Of a stretch of 64,000 nt of DNA, positions 26,401 through 41,369 are shown in pieces. Source of the stretch: Eledone cirrhosa (Eukaryota). The stretch is from the NCBI GenBank assembly GCA_964016885.1, contig OZ024741.1, positions 352,966,001 to 353,030,000 on the forward strand, written 5' to 3'. Below the pieces are notes generated by a model. That model saw only the letters and a list, made by a program, of their open reading frames with translations. It ran no database searches and was not told the DNA's origin. Each line of letters starts with the position of its first letter. Position 1 is the stretch's first letter. The translations under genes were made by a program, and so were the position numbers.

Positions 26401-26628
26401 TTTTTCTCTGAATTACCAAATACCCAAACACCTATAATATAGTATCCTTATCGGTGAATATTGGCAGCGTTCTATAGAAGATTTAACATTGAAAGAGAGT
26501 CCTGTCTGCTAAATCACCTCAGTTGCGACTATAAATTCAATACTTGCTGTCACCAGATTTCAACTAGAAATTACTACAGTTGGACCAGATTCATGTAATT
26601 TGTTAGTAATTTTATTATCAAGGAGGTG

Positions 26629-27012
26629 AGGGCGGTGGATTAGCAGTATCGGCAGAGCATCGGACACCATGCTTCGTGGAATAGAGTTACGGCCCTTTAC
26701 GTTCTGATTTCAAATCCCATCGAGGTTTGTTTTGCCTTTCATCCTTACGGGGTCGATAAAATAAAGTGCCAGTAAGCAATGGGATTTATTTAATCGACTT
26801 TCCACTTCCCTTCAAATTGCTGGCCTTGTGCCTAAAGTAGAAACAATTATTAAGGAGACGGTAAATTGGCAAAGTCGTTAGAACTTCAGATAGAATACCC
26901 TATTTTATTCGTTCTGGCTCTCTGCGCTCCGAATTCAAATCATATCGGGGTCAACTTTGCCTTTCATCTTTTCGAGGTCGATAACAAAACATTAGTCTAG
27001 TCCTGGGGTCGA
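26629..27012 (+). mobile_element. Two tandem SINE copies (26629-26850 and an older one at 26857-27012)
   Basis: Two heads and cores with ttcaaat..gg(t/g)..tttgcctttcatc..ggtcgataa. Confidence 0.88.
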
Positions 27013-27423
27013 ATCTTCTTCTATATCTATTTCTCATTTCCTCTTTTTAACTTTCTCTCTCTCTCCTTCTGAGGAAGAAATCTGCAGTATTAAGAACTGG
27101 AGAAGAGATCGGCTCCGCCAAGTTTAAAATGTCACAGCGGCACCCCCACGACTCCATCAGGAGTTACAGGTCTATATATACTAAGGAAGCAAGATTTGTT
27201 TTACTTCAGTTTACTCCAGCCTTTCTAAATTAAGAAATTCGTTCAATACACAAGAGAGAGAATAATGTGTTTTCTACTTGTTTCTTTGAATAATTTTAGT
27301 GATCTTCGTCATATTTCCAATATTTTGAAAAATCTTTAAATAATATATAAAAACTACTTTTTAATGTTAAAACAATGGAAACAACAAAACTCTCGAAATT
27401 TGAATAAATAAATAAAGTAGAAT

Positions 27424-27580
<157 letters not shown>

Positions 27581-28301
27581 ATATATGTATATATATAAAG
27601 AAAAGAAAAATCATAAAGCGTTACAAAATTTCAGATATGCGTCTGTAGATATGGAATAAACATCACAATTTATACATTTTTCTGAGACTTTAATCATCAA
27701 ATTATAAAAACAACAACCCAAGAAACGCACAATTCTAGATAAATATAATAACTATAGAATATTTAAATACATATTGGAAAAATTGTAGAAGATATTGAAA
27801 ATAAAATACTACAGCACGTCATTTAGGGATAGAGTTCTATTTTTTTTGTGAGAGATTCTACATATTTCTTTTGTTCACAGATTTTATATAATTCCCTTTT
27901 ATATAGTTCCCCAACCTTAGCAAATTCAATGTTGATCTGGGAAGCATTCCAGTGAAACCGATTGTTCACTAAACTCTAACGTAACAACCTCAATCCCACC
28001 GTAACAAAGGTAATTGTATCACTCGTCAGTAACCAGCCCATTTATCATCATCAATTATACTGCTCAATGATTCTGATTTCTGTTGAGCTACATAACGGTG
28101 ATCTATCAGTTTGAGACATTCAGCGAAAGAAATATTATTGCTTTTACCATAAGAAAATGCTTCAATCGTGTGCGTTACAAGAACCTTTTCATTTAATTGC
28201 CTAAGTTAACGGCTCTACACATATCTTGAATAATGTGTATATTGGATCTGAATTTTCCTGTAAGTCTTTTCCATTGTAGTTTGAGTAAACAAATCTGTCC
28301 C

Positions 28302-28568
28302 TATCCTACATTATATCAATAGGGATAGGCCAGCAATTAGAGGGGAAGGAGTCCCACATTATATCAATGCGGGATAGGCCAGCAATTAGAGGGGAAGGAG
28401 AAAGAGGATTAAAACTACCCCAGTATATTACTGGTACTTTTATCGACCCCATTAGGATGAAAGACAAAGCTAACCTCGGCCGAATTTGAACTCAAAACGT
28501 AAAGAATCATAACTAAATACTGCAATGCATTTCCTCCGACGCATTAACGATTCTGCTAATCTACCACC
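28302..28568 (-). mobile_element. Older SINE copy with a ~50-bp tandem duplication at its tail
   Basis: ctggtacttttatcgacccc..gatgaaagacaaagctaacctcggccgaatttgaactca; the unit cattatatcaat..gggataggccagcaattagaggggaaggag occurs twice. Confidence 0.8.
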
Positions 28569-29051
28569 CTCCCTGGAGCTTAATAACAACAACAATTCCT
28601 TAAATATCTGTACTACTTTCATCTACACACAACTTAGACACTTCAAGCCAGACTTGCATTTGTTTAACAACATTCTTGAAAATATCCTCCCAAGAGAACA
28701 TAATGATCAAATATCCCTTTCAACAGAATTAAGATTAGTCACTGTGTATATCAGAAAAAAAAAACATCTTGCATAACTACAGCTCTCCTGCTCACGAAGA
28801 AAATACAACTAAATGATATAAGTGTTAGGTTTCATAGACATCAACGAGTTTTCTTTGTACACTACTGCCAAATAGGCTAGACCTCCTTTTCATTTCTCCA
28901 ATACTTCAGCATATGTGATCATTATTAGAAGACTTCTGAGGGAGCATTCATAAACATCAAATTCTACATTTAAAACACAAATACTAAATAAATACACTCA
29001 ATGAATAGTTGACACTCTTAACACCCGAGTAATAAGGTTGATGATGATAAA

Positions 29052-29105
<54 letters not shown>

Positions 29106-29409
29106 GATGCCGATGATTCCTTAACAACAAGACGTCCACACATTTACACGAGATATATATTAGTCGATTTACTCGTTGACAACATGTAAGCTGTTACTAA
29201 ATTCGTCAACCCTGACATTTATAACCCGAAAACACTAATTCCAGCTTTCTGCAGAAGTGATTCTCAAATGAGAGGCACTTGGCTCCCAGGATAGGAATTT
29301 CAAACCACTAAGGAGGACCTTTAACTGAGGGAGTAATTGGGGCAGAAATGATATTCAAAGGAGGAATCCAAACTAGGAAATAGCCGTTAATATTGTGTAT
29401 ATATTGAAT

Positions 29410-29640
29410 GAACTACAATATACCCAACAATAGTGTACATTGTATATATATATCAAATGAAATACTTATATACCCCCAAACTACAATATACCCAAAATAC
29501 TTATATACACCCAACACTACAATATACCCAACACTAATGTACAATTGTGTATATATCAAATGAAATACTTATATACCCCAAAACTACAATATACCCAACA
29601 ATAGTGTACAATTGTATATATATCTAGTGAAATGTTAATA
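29410..29640. repeat. Minisatellite, ~68-bp unit, about 3 copies plus a partial
   Basis: Recurrent actacaatatacccaaca..tgtaca(a)ttgtatatatatc..tgaaatacttatatacccc. Confidence 0.85.
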
Positions 29641-30419
29641 TATCCAACTATGAGGGCGATCATGAATTAACAGGTCACAAAAACAACAAACACACAAACA
29701 GACAAACAAACAAGCCCCCCCCCCCCCAAAAAAAAAAACTGCTGCTTTTTATATATAATCCCATTTGGGACAATACAATTATTGAGGTTTAAAAATCTTG
29801 CTCATATTAATATGGTGCTTAGGCGAAAAATTACTACATTACAATTGAAAATGGTGAGGAATGGAAGAAATGAGGGATTCCAAGGAGATGAATATAAGCT
29901 TCGTTACACACCTCTTCAGAATAATGGAAACTTTAGAAATAGATTATTCAATAACAATTCTTAGTTTTAAGCTTAACAATCGTACAGAAATTTGTCTCAT
30001 TTTGAAATTATGCACTGATTGGAACTAATTTCTCTTTATTCTCCCTTTCCTCCAACATCGTCTCCTCCTCCTCCTCCTCCTTCTTCTTCTTCTTCTTCTT
30101 CTTCTTCTTCTTCTCGTCGTCGTCACCCTCCCCTCCTCTCCTTCACCCCCTCACCCCTCCCCTCCTCCCCGTCACAACTTACTACCCCACATCCCATCCT
30201 CCTCCTCACTCCTCGTCCCGCTCCTCCTCCCCTCGAACCCCCTCTCGTCGTCCTCATTCTCCTCTCCCCGCCACTCCTCCCTCCCTCCCTCCCTCCCTCC
30301 TCTATGTTGACGTTATATGTGACTTAGTTTCCGCCATGTTTTAGTGCTCCATTTATTGTACGTCATTTTACCAGAGATCAACATACACATATCTGCCACG
30401 AACTAGGGAAACGAATAGG

Positions 30420-31530
30420 CGCACATATATACACACACGCATATATGTACACACACGCATATATATATATACACACACGCACATATATACACACACGCAT
30501 ATATGTACACACACGCATATATATATATATACACACACACGCACATATATACACACACGCACATATATACACACACGCATATATATACGCATACGCATAT
30601 ATATATACACACACGCATATATATACACCGACGCATATATATATACGCACATGCATGTATATATACACATGTGCGCACACATACACAGACACATGCACAC
30701 ACACATACACATGTGCACACGCAGACATATACATAAACACTCATACATACACATATTACACAAATATAAAGGCATACAAACTTACACACGCATACGCAAG
30801 CATACATACATATATACATATACGCATCAACACATATACACACGCACATACATATACACACGCAAACATACACGCACACACACACGCACATACATATACA
30901 CACTCAAACATACATGCACACACACTTACACTCATACATGCGCACATACACATATATACTCACATATGCATAGATATCCAAATACACACACATACATACA
31001 CATAAATACACATAGGCATACACACTCATGCGCACACGCATACATACAAACACACACATATACACATACGCATTAACATTTACACAGACACATGTGCACA
31101 TACATACAAACACACACACATATACAGATACTCATTAACATTTACAAAGACATAGACACAGATGCCCGCACAGACAGACACACACACATACATAAATACA
31201 CATAGGTATATACACACATACACACATGCATACATACAAACACACACATAAACATTTACACAGACAGACACATATGCCCACACATAGATATAAGCACACA
31301 CATGCAAACACACATATATACACATACTCATTAACATTTACAAATACATAGATACATATGCCCGCACACAAACAGACACACAGGCACATAAACATACACA
31401 CATACACACACACAGGCACAGACACAGACACACATATACACACACATACACAGGTACACACACATACACATACAGACACACACACATATACACAGACACA
31501 CAGGCACACGCACACTCACAAACACAATAC

Positions 31531-31567
<37 letters not shown>

Positions 31568-31590
31568 TACACTCACACACATACATACAG
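30420..31590. repeat. Long degenerate CA/TA-rich simple-repeat region
   Basis: Alternating purine-pyrimidine units such as gcacatatatacacacac and ctcattaacatttaca. Confidence 0.95.
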
Positions 31591-31766
31591 ATATAAAAAT
31601 ATCGACCCGAATCTATGAGAATAAGACAATAAATCTCAAGAAACTAATGATTTAGCTGGATTGAATGGAACACTGGAATCATATGAGGCGGGAACAAGTC
31701 AAATAAAAACTACTGTCCACAACGGTGGAGACGTTTTCTAAACTGGCTCATTATTACTAGTTTACT

Positions 31767-31816
<50 letters not shown>

Positions 31817-31845
31817 TATTATTATTATTATTATTGTTGTTATTA

Positions 31846-34800
31846 CTCTTTGAGTCTCAGTCATTGATGTTAGTTAACTGGAAAGTTTGTTGAAATGAAT
31901 ATCAAGCCACTACCTGCAGCCTCAGATATTCAGGACGTATCGGAGGGTTCTTGCTGTTCCCAGCAAGCATGCCTTTTGAAGCGTTCCAAAAAGCGTGAAG
32001 GGGCCAATTTTCTTTAACCATCCCTGGAAACTTTTTGAGATAGTCCCTAGTGCGCCTATGACAATCGGGATCACTTTGACTTCATGGCAGTGTTTACACT
32101 CTGGATACAATGTGAGCCACAGTCTCCTCTCTCTCTCCACAGATCCTGCACCGTGGGCTAGCCTCCTCCTTGTAAATATGGTGTTTCAACCACTTCGTTT
32201 TGAGGGCCTGCTCCTGCGCAGCCATTAACATTCCTTCTGTAGCCTTTTTAAGGTCTCCTCTTTTTAACCAGTTCCATGTCTGTGGATCTCTAAATTCAGT
32301 TTTCTCAAAGAAGGTACTATGAAGGAATTTTTCCTGAAGGCTGCTCTTTCTCCTTGATGTTATTTCCTCCTTGGACATCCCCTGGCCTATTGTCCCCTCC
32401 TTCAGTACAGTTCTGAGCATTGGCTCCTTACTATCAGTCACGTATTTGTGTAGGTTGTTTTTCTCCATCTGAACACAGTCCTCTATGCTGATAAGACCTC
32501 TTCCACCCTCAGATCTCCTTAAGTAGAGTCTATCGACATCACTCCTCTTGTGGAACATGTTGTAGATAGTCAATAGCTTCCTAGTCTTCCTATCCATTTC
32601 TTTCTGTTCAGCAACATTCCATCTCAGAATTCCCGCACTGTACCTAATAATAGACACAGCTCGGGAATTTACTGAACTTATGGCATTCCTACTGTTCAGA
32701 TGTGACTTTAATACGCTCCACACTCTCCGAATGTATTCAGTTCTTATCAATTCCTTCATTTTTTTGTTCTTGATGTCATCAGCCTCCAGAACACCCAAAT
32801 ACTTGTATCCTTCTTCAGAGTCAATTTCCTTTATCATCTCACCCGTTGGTACCTGGATTCCGTTACTTCTGCTCAACTTACCCCTCCTCATCACAATGAC
32901 TCCACACTTACTAATACCAAATTGCATACATATATTATTGGTGAAAATACGGACAGTGTCAACAAGCACATCCGACTCCTTCTCACTCTTCCCGAAGAGC
33001 TTAAGATCGTCCATGAAGAGGAGGTGATTGATGGTAAGGCCTCCCTTTCCCAACCTGTATCCTGCGCTCACTTTTCGCAGTACACTGGTCAGGGGCATCA
33101 GGGCAAGGACAAACAACAGAGGGGACAGACTATCTCCCTGGAAGATACCTCTCTTGATCTTCACGCTTCCCAAGGATTCTCTAGTTGATGTTAACTCTGT
33201 TTCCCAGGACTTCATAATTTTGCCCAACAACTGTCTGATCTTATCTGCCACCCTGAAGATCTCCAGGCTTTTGGTGATCCAAGAATGAGGCACCATGTCA
33301 AATGCCTTTTTGTAGTCTATCCATCCCATGGCAAGACCAGTGTGTCTCCTCTTGCAATTCCTCATTACCATCTTATCAATAAGTAACTGGTCCTTTGTAC
33401 CACGTGACTTATTTCGGCATCCTTTCTGTTCGTCCGGTAACAAGTTGTTTGTGTGGAGGTGATGGTAGATTTCCTCAGACATAATGCTTGTCAACAGTTT
33501 CCACATTACGGACAGACATGTGATAGGTCTATAGTTGGTAACATCATTACCCTTGATTCGGTCTTTCATTATCAGAACTGTGGTACCTTTTGTCAACCAC
33601 TCTGGTACCTCACCTGACATCAAGCAGTCATTGAACATGGTTGTCAGTTTCGGGTGGAGGGATGTTATATTTTTAATCCAATACCCCTGCACGCCATCTG
33701 GATCTGGTGATTTCCAGTTGGTTAGTTTTTTGGCTTGCCCCTTAAGAGTTTCAACTGTGATACTCAAATCAGTTTGTTGGTGTGCCTGTTCACTAATCTC
33801 CTTCTGTACTGTCTCAATCCACACTGCCTGGTCATTATGTTTAACATCCTGCTCCCATATTCCTCTCCAGAATGTTTTAGTTTGTTCCGCCTCAGGGATC
33901 AAGTCGTTGCCTCTTTCTTTCCCTTCAAGCTGTCCAAACAGCATCTTCTGGTTGTTGTCGAACATGCGGTTCTGTCTATACTGACTGACTCTGTTCTCGT
34001 ATCGCCTGATTTTTGCACTCTTTGCTACAATGCGTTGCTTCAGTTCCTCTATGATAATATTTAGCTTTTTCCTCCTAGTTTTGTACTTTATTTCCAGTCT
34101 ATTTTATGTGTCTATGTTTTTTAGTGTCCCATTCAGTAGGGACTCAAGCATTCCAATGTCATTTCTCATTTCCCTGATTTGACCATTCAGTCGTTTCTTC
34201 CACCAAGGCTCTGCTCTTTCTTGTCTGTTGTTTCCTCTCGCTTTTATACCAAGTAGTTTCCTCACCGTATTTGCTGTTGCTTTGAGGATATTGTTGCACT
34301 CGTGAAGGCTCCTCGCCTCAAGGTATGGGATGACTTTGTTTACCTTAGCTGTTGTTTCTTTTAACTTTTTCCTGTCTACAAATCTTAGGTTAATAGGTCT
34401 CCCACTATCATTGTTCAATTCATCTACCACTAAGTTTAGGATATCAACCAAATCTTGTCCTAGCCCATCAGCATTCATCTCCTCAGTGGCCGTATCTCTG
34501 TTCCAGGTATTATTTATCTCAGCATTCAGATCATTGTCTGCTTCGGGTGGTTCCTCCGTTCTCTCGACCTCTTCACCTTCATCTCCCACTGGCTCGTTTG
34601 CCTGGCATTCTCCACTCTCCATCTCCAAGCTAATCTCTCTGCTCAGTTCCTCCAGTTCCAGCTCGCTTATCCACCCATTAGTTCTTATTACCCGAGCCTG
34701 CCCGGCCAATTTTTGTTCATCTAATTTAAATAGACCAATCTCGTTCCAGATGTTATGCATCCGTTTCCTATAGCCTTTCTCCTTGGGGTTACTCTTCAGG

Positions 34801-36429
34801 TAACATTGCATAACAGTTCTCTTCAATTCTTTCGTCCAGTTGGTTCTGGTCCCTTTCCTTCTTCTTCTTCCTCCGACACCAGCAGTATTTGGTTGACAGC
34901 CAGGTCCCTGCTGCTGAGCCAGGGAGCACCTGTTGGGTGAGAGTCTGTCACATGACATTCTAGTCTCCATTTCACCGTTATTCGAACTGTTTAGGTTCGA
35001 CATTTAAACACTCTTATCGAGGATTGGCGAATGTATGGTTACATAACCACCGGTGAATTCATCGTCTCCGGTGGTTCCGTCACTCCACACGATTTTTGTG
35101 TGGCATTATCACGCTGTAGACGAACATAAATAAACAAACAAACAAACAGGCAAAAAAAAAACCAAAAATGAATACGCATAAGTTTCATTGTAATGTAGTG
35201 TTTGAATGTCTGACTTAGTTTTTCCCTTCCCTTCTCTGTCCGTCTGTTTGTTTTTCTCTTCATTCTTATTTTCTTTACGTTTTTCGTTGTTGCTGTGCTG
35301 CTTTAATTTTGATTTTTTTTTTTTGATTTTGACCGGGTCATAAATTCAGTCTATTTATATATTTTGATGGCTTCCTCTTTTAGTGGGGTTTCTACGATGT
35401 AGCAGGGGGTAGCGGGAGAGAATAGCAGCGGTAGTGACAATGAGGCAGTGGTGGTGGTGGCGGTGCTGTGCTAGCAGCAACTAGCAGGAGGTAGTGGGAG
35501 AGAATAGCGGTGGTAGCGATAAATCATTATTAGGCAGTGGTGGTGGTGATGTGGTCGTATTACTGTAGTGATGGTGTTGAAGTTGGAGTAGAAATAGCGG
35601 CTGAGTCGACTTAACCAGAGTTTTCATCGTGGTAGTGGTGGTGGTGTTGGTGGTGAAATTATCTTGAGTTATTTAGTCATTTTGTCATTTTCCTCCTTTT
35701 CGACTCTAACATTCCTAATCCAAAATTAAATATTAATCTTGTTTATTAATATTGTCTAGTGATACCGCCATCTTCCCCTTTCGTAAGTTAACAGAAGGTA
35801 ATGGGGGGGGGGATAGCGGTGGTAGCAATGAAGGAGTGGTGGCGGCGGTGATGGGATAGTGGTAGTAATGATGGATGGGCGGCGGTGGCGGTGACTGTAG
35901 TGATGGCGTTGTCGTTACTGAGTTTTGTTGAATGAACTGTATTTTTGTTTGATCGGTGAATCTATGGGGTTAGTCGCGTATATGTGTTGACATATTTTCT
36001 TAATATTGGAATTAAACATTTTGTTAAAACTTAATTATTATGCTGAGATTGGTGGTGGTGGTGGTGAAATTGCCGTTATCTGGCTGATGTGTTTAGTGTA
36101 GACAGAGGGGTGATGGGGTAGGTGGTGTATCTAGTTTCTGGTGTTGGTGAAATTGCTGTTATTTGGCTGTTCTATATAGTGTAGACAGAGGGGTTTTCTT
36201 CCATTTATAACCATTTTCTTTTTTGAATATAAAATGTATTATACAAAATTGAATATTTGAGCGATATAACAATATATTATGGATCCGAATTTTTTGGGAC
36301 TCAAGCCGGATGTTTTATGTATCATTTGTACTAAGAATTGTTATTTCACAATTGATTTAAATATGTTAAAAATCAAAACTTACGGGAGCGATTTCACGAC
36401 CTTCTATCCACCATGTGCGTCTTCTGCCC

Positions 36430-36430
<1 letters not shown>
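31846..36430 (-). mobile_element. R4/Dong-clade non-LTR retrotransposon copy A, near full length, bounded by (TAA)n
   Basis: Single ORF from ATG 35003 to stop 31922 (broken) with RT motifs YRPITCL, GIFQGDSLSPLLF and FMDD, and CCHC CRICGEREETVAHIVS. (TTA)n at 31816-31845 and 36431-36481. The 5' boundary is inferred. Confidence 0.9.
31922..35003 (-). pseudogene. R4/Dong polyprotein (RT-CCHC-RLE) with a stop, a frameshift and an RLE deletion
   Basis: ORF pieces 34104-35003, 32094-33965 and 31922-32140. ECKH is fused directly to CHEVKVIP, unlike copy B. Confidence 0.9.
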
Positions 36431-36481
<51 letters not shown>

Positions 36482-39400
36482 GAATGCTATGGTTGACGGA
36501 GGCTCGGCTCTGTAAGGTATTGTAAATTTTGAACGCTATAACAATTGTAAATTGTTTAAAACTTTAACGAACTTGTAGACAAAAACACCCTCCTCCTCGT
36601 GAGAGGGGTCTTTCTGCCCGTTATTTGGCCCTTCGGGGTTAAATAACTGCTTATTGGGGTTTTGTACCCAATATTTATTTTAAACAAAAAAAAAAACAAC
36701 ATGGCTACGAAAAAGAAATTTCATAGGTCACTCCCACTCATTCCGTCTTCTTCTTCCTCAATCATCACTACAGCAGAGTGAAGATTGTCTCTCTCCCTCC
36801 CTTCTTTAAATGTGTCCCTCTCCCTCCCTTCTCTTTCGCAAGCGACGAAAGAAAAGAAAAGTCTCGTGCAAAGCGTGCAAGGTTTCTCCACGACGACGAC
36901 GACAGCGACGAAACAGGTGTGCGGGAAATACGAAAACCCAGTTCATTCGTCTGACGTCAGGAATAATAGCAGTAGCAGCCGTAATAACAACAGCAACAGT
37001 GACAATGAAAACAACAGTAGCAGCCGCAACAGCATCACCAGCAGCATAAACAACAACAGCATTAGCAGCAGCAACACCAACAACAACCACAGCAACAGCG
37101 GCGGAGGCAGTAGTCGTAGTACCTGCAGCAACAACAAAAGTAACAGCAGCTCTGACGACAACAACAACAACAGCAGCAAAGAAAAACCAATCTCATTTGC
37201 AGGTATTTCGAAAAACTTGGAAACAATCCTCATAACAAATGAGGAATTAGAGGAAGCGAAGAAGATGGTGACAAAGAATGGAGACCGAGCAATCTGCAAG
37301 GCAGCGGAAACATTTTTCGAAACCCAACAGCACTGTACGGTCACGTACCGTACAGTAAGTACAAAATCCCGTAGGGTGGAAAGAGCCACAGAGGCTCAAA
37401 TACAAAAAGCCTTGGGGTCTGTGTGGCAGCGGAAAACGCACATCACCCGAGGCAAAAAATATGCCACCGTAGACGTACTTTTTGCCACACCCCAGGAGGC
37501 AAAGGCCCAATCCGTAGTGACCCTAAGGAGCGAGGAAATGGTGTTGGTGCCCTCCTACTGCGGGCAAAAAATTGTGAGGGTCAAACTGACCCACGTCCCC
37601 CCCGGAATGGCCCCTTCTTGGCTGGCCGCGTCTGTCCTCGTCGGAATCGAGGACAAAACAACTGTACTGCAAGTACAGAAAAAAGTAAGAGAAGATTGGG
37701 TCGGCACCTCTATTGAGATGCTAATCCAAACCAACCAGGAGTGCATCGAAGCTATCCCGGATGTGATAGACTTCGATAACGGCACTCAACTGCCCATAAG
37801 TGTTGAGGGCAAACGCCCGAAATGCTTTCGCTGTGGATCGAAGACTCACCTCAGGGCCTTCTGCAACGAGAAGACCCTGAGAAAGGAGAAAACCCCCTTC
37901 CTTCCGAAACAGGCTCCACGGCTACCAGCAACAGGACAAGCGGCAACCAGGAACGATAGGTCCGTGGCACCCATACCCACGCCACGGAAATCAAAAACAG
38001 CAGCAGCAGTGGAAATATTAACAACAACAACAGCAATACCAAATGCAGCTGCAACAGAGACTCCAGTGCAAACATCACCAACAACAACAAGTGAAAGAGT
38101 GGAGCTGGTACCCATCCCCGACCTCACAGAATCAGACATGTAGTGTGAGGTGGGAGAGGGATGGCAAAAGGTCGTAAGAAGGCACAAACGCAGAAGCAGC
38201 GCATCGTCGCCTTTGAAAAGGGAGGAAAGAAATGAGAAAAGGGTAAAGTCTACTGCAAAGAGACCCACAGCAGCAACACCACCAACACCATCACCACCCA
38301 CACTAGCACCAACATCACCACCGGCGACAACCCCACCGCCAACAACACCTTCAACACCACCACCACAAGCACCAACATCGCAAACACAACAACAAAACAC
38401 ACACACCCAGCAACAACGACAAGAAAATAGCAGAACCACACCCCACCCCCAGAAAAACAAATGCACGGCAATAAATACACACAACAATAAACTAATGACT
38501 TACATAATTGAACACACAGACATTTCACAACACGGCTACATAATACCAGCACCAATCAAAACGCCAACTAACATAAGACTGCTAAAAATAGCACAGAAAC
38601 AATACACAAACATTAAAACGAAATTCCCCAACGCAGTTGGTGATTTCAGGGACCTAGGAGGAACTATCAATCGAAGAGTATATTCAGACATTCTCATAGA
38701 AGAGCCGACGACCAGCCGAAGGGACGATTCAACGGTCCCTTCACCAGACGATCAAGTGAAAAGGGATGTAAAAACCATCCCTCCTCTACCAAAAGTACGG
38801 TAAGTGATCTTTCCCATCTTTTCCACTCTATTTTAAACATGACCTCACTCAGAATAGGCAGCATAAATGTGCGTGGCTTGGGGTCGTCATGGAAGCAGGG
38901 TCACCTGCTCAACGACCTCAGGTCACTAAACATAGATGTAGTGGCCATCAGCGAGACCAGAATCTCCGAAGCACGGGCCTTCGCACCGATCTTCGGCGGC
39001 TACGATGTGTACGCATCTCCCAGCCGTCCTGGATCGGGGGGAGGAGTTGCTGTGCTTTTTCGGAGAGGTTTGGATCTCGCCATACGGGCCATCTTCCTGG
39101 ACCCAGAGGGTAAGCTGGTGGTGCTGGACGTGACCAGTGGAGACGGGCAAGCTTTCAGGCTAGTGGCCGTCTATGCCCCGACAGGGGCAGGGCGGCCTGA
39201 TTTCTTCCGGCGTCTGGAGACCTTTCTTGGAACGTCCCGCTTTTTAGTGTTAGTGGGCGACTGGAACGGGATTTTAGATGCACGCTGGGACTATGTGGGA
39301 TTAGCGAATAGGGGTGGAGGGTGCAAGAGCCTCACCAACCTGCTCAGGCATTTTGAACTGTCTGACAGGTACCGATTGGATTTCCCGAATGTGCCAATGT

Positions 39401-41369
39401 GGACTTGGACAAATCGCATAGGGTCATCCAGATCATATCTAGATAGAGTATTTTGTAGGGAAATAGATAGGACTAGCATAGGCTGTCCACAATTCAAGAT
39501 AGTCAGCTACACGGACCACAAATTCGTGATCTGTGTGCTTGACTTAGATAGGCTTCATAGACGAGGACCCGGCTACTGGAAGCTAAACGCGTCCTTACCA
39601 GCGCGCAAGGCCTACAGAAACCGGATTAGCGAACTAGTTAAGCGGGCGTTGACGGGGGGCCATCGTCAACAACAAGTAGTGGTTTGCTCTGAAAAGAGCG
39701 ATTAGAATAGAATCCATTAGGTTTAGTAAGGCTTTAGCAATAGAGAAAAATAGAGCAGAGGGAGAACTAGTTAGAAAATTAGACGAGGCGCTTAGCAAAG
39801 GCATCGCGACCGACGTGCTTGCGGCGAAATTGGCCCTTGACGAATTCTTCAATGCAAAGCACGAAGGCTGCGTTATCAGAGCTAGGGTGCGTGCTCTCAG
39901 ACACGAGGGGACGAAAGCCGTTCAATGGGCCCGAGTGGCGGAGGCGCGTCGTGGCAACAAAGCCACGATCCGGTCTTTGGTGGACCACGACAGGCGCATG
40001 CTACTCGATCCCGGGCAAATGTGTGAAGCTTTTCAGCGACACTTCGCTCAGCTGTTCGGGGGCAGCGGTGGGCCGGGTCGAGGGATGGACTTTAGTGTCT
40101 ACCTCGACGGACTGCCGCGGCTCTCGGCCACTGAGGCGAAGTGTTACGAAGAGCCGATAACAGCCGCTGAAGTAAGGGAGGCAATGACTGGCTGCACAAG
40201 GGGTAAATCGCCTGGTTTGGATGGTCTGTCCTATGAACTTTACGTACAGATGCCAGACTTGTTCGGAGGCCTCTTGGCGGACGTCTACTGCAACTGGCAA
40301 CAGAACGGGAGAATTCCCAGCTCTGTGAGCCGAGGAACGGTGGCACTTCTGAGAAAGGATCCGAACAAGGGGGATAACATAGATAATTTCCGGCCCATAA
40401 CTCTGCTAAACACAGAGTTCAAGATTTTGGCCAAGGTGCTAGCAAAGAGGTTGGCGCTTGTCGTTGGTGGTCTGGTGGGAGAGGCGCAGACATGCGCCAT
40501 TCCCGACAGATCCATCCACGACAACCTCCACCTCATGCGATACATCGTAGAGAGGGTAGCTAGGGAACCTGGCACGGGTGGGTCCTTGATTAATTTAGAT
40601 CAGTCGAAAGCTTTCGATAGGGTCGACCATTGTTACCTAGCGGCAGTCCTGAGGGCGGCTGGCGTTGGGTCCGTCTTCAGAGGCTGGATCGCTGCCATGC
40701 ACAGCGACATCTGCTCTGTGGTGAGAGTGAACGGTCACCTTTCGGAACCGTTCAACATCATGCGCTCGGTCCGCCAAGAATCTCCCCTCTCGTCCCTCTT
40801 GTAGGTATTGACTCTCGAGCCATTACTGCACAAACTGGAGACGTTGAGGGGCGTCCCGCGCGAACTATGATGCGGAAGATCCGTGTCAGCATATGCGGAC
40901 GATGTCACCGTAGTGCTGTCGAACGCCAAACACATCGAGGCGATCGGCACTACACTAAGAGAATACGAAGCGGTGATAGGAGCAATGATCAACCAGGAAA
41001 AGTCAGTGGGCCTGCAGCTCGGCACCTGGAGAGGCAGGTCCATGCCGTCCAACAGCGTCTGTAGTTTGAGAAATGGAAAAATTGAGAGAGGGCGCTTGCC
41101 ATGGTGGTCAGGGTGGCCGTGGTCTTTTGTTTTGTTTTCGCCACGAGTAACCCTCGGAGGTTTTCCCCCTATTGGGGAATTTTTCATTGTTTCAATTTTC
41201 ATTTTTATTGTTTATATATATATATGTTTCTATGTCCTTTTTTTTTCTTTTCTTATATAAATAATAAAAATATTTACACGCACAAAACCCACATCGTACC
41301 GTCCTGTACCGTCCTGTGCCGTCTGTAATGTTTTTCTTGATGTCAGCCCTTGTGGCCAATAAAGAAATC
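36482..41369 (+). mobile_element. ATT-type Tx1-clade LINE with an intact 5' end and the ORF2 C-terminal third missing
   Basis: ORF1 36701-38803 has two in-frame stops and CFRCGSKTHLRAFC. ORF2 from 38839 has APE and RT (AYADD) and jumps at 41059 to the stop and 3' UTR. (TTA)n on both sides. Confidence 0.94.

Noticed and set aside
29410-29640. CRISPR-like array
   Set aside because: It is a tandem minisatellite without unique spacers, in a eukaryotic context with no cas genes.
30331-35774. YY1-like CCGCCATNTT sites at 30331 and 35765
   Set aside because: They are single short motifs, and the one in Dong A lies in a region missing from copy B, so conservation cannot be judged.
36380-36430. HDV-like ribozyme at the Dong 5' end
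   Set aside because: I could not assign P1/P1.1/P3 pairings or the catalytic J4/2 strand by eye.
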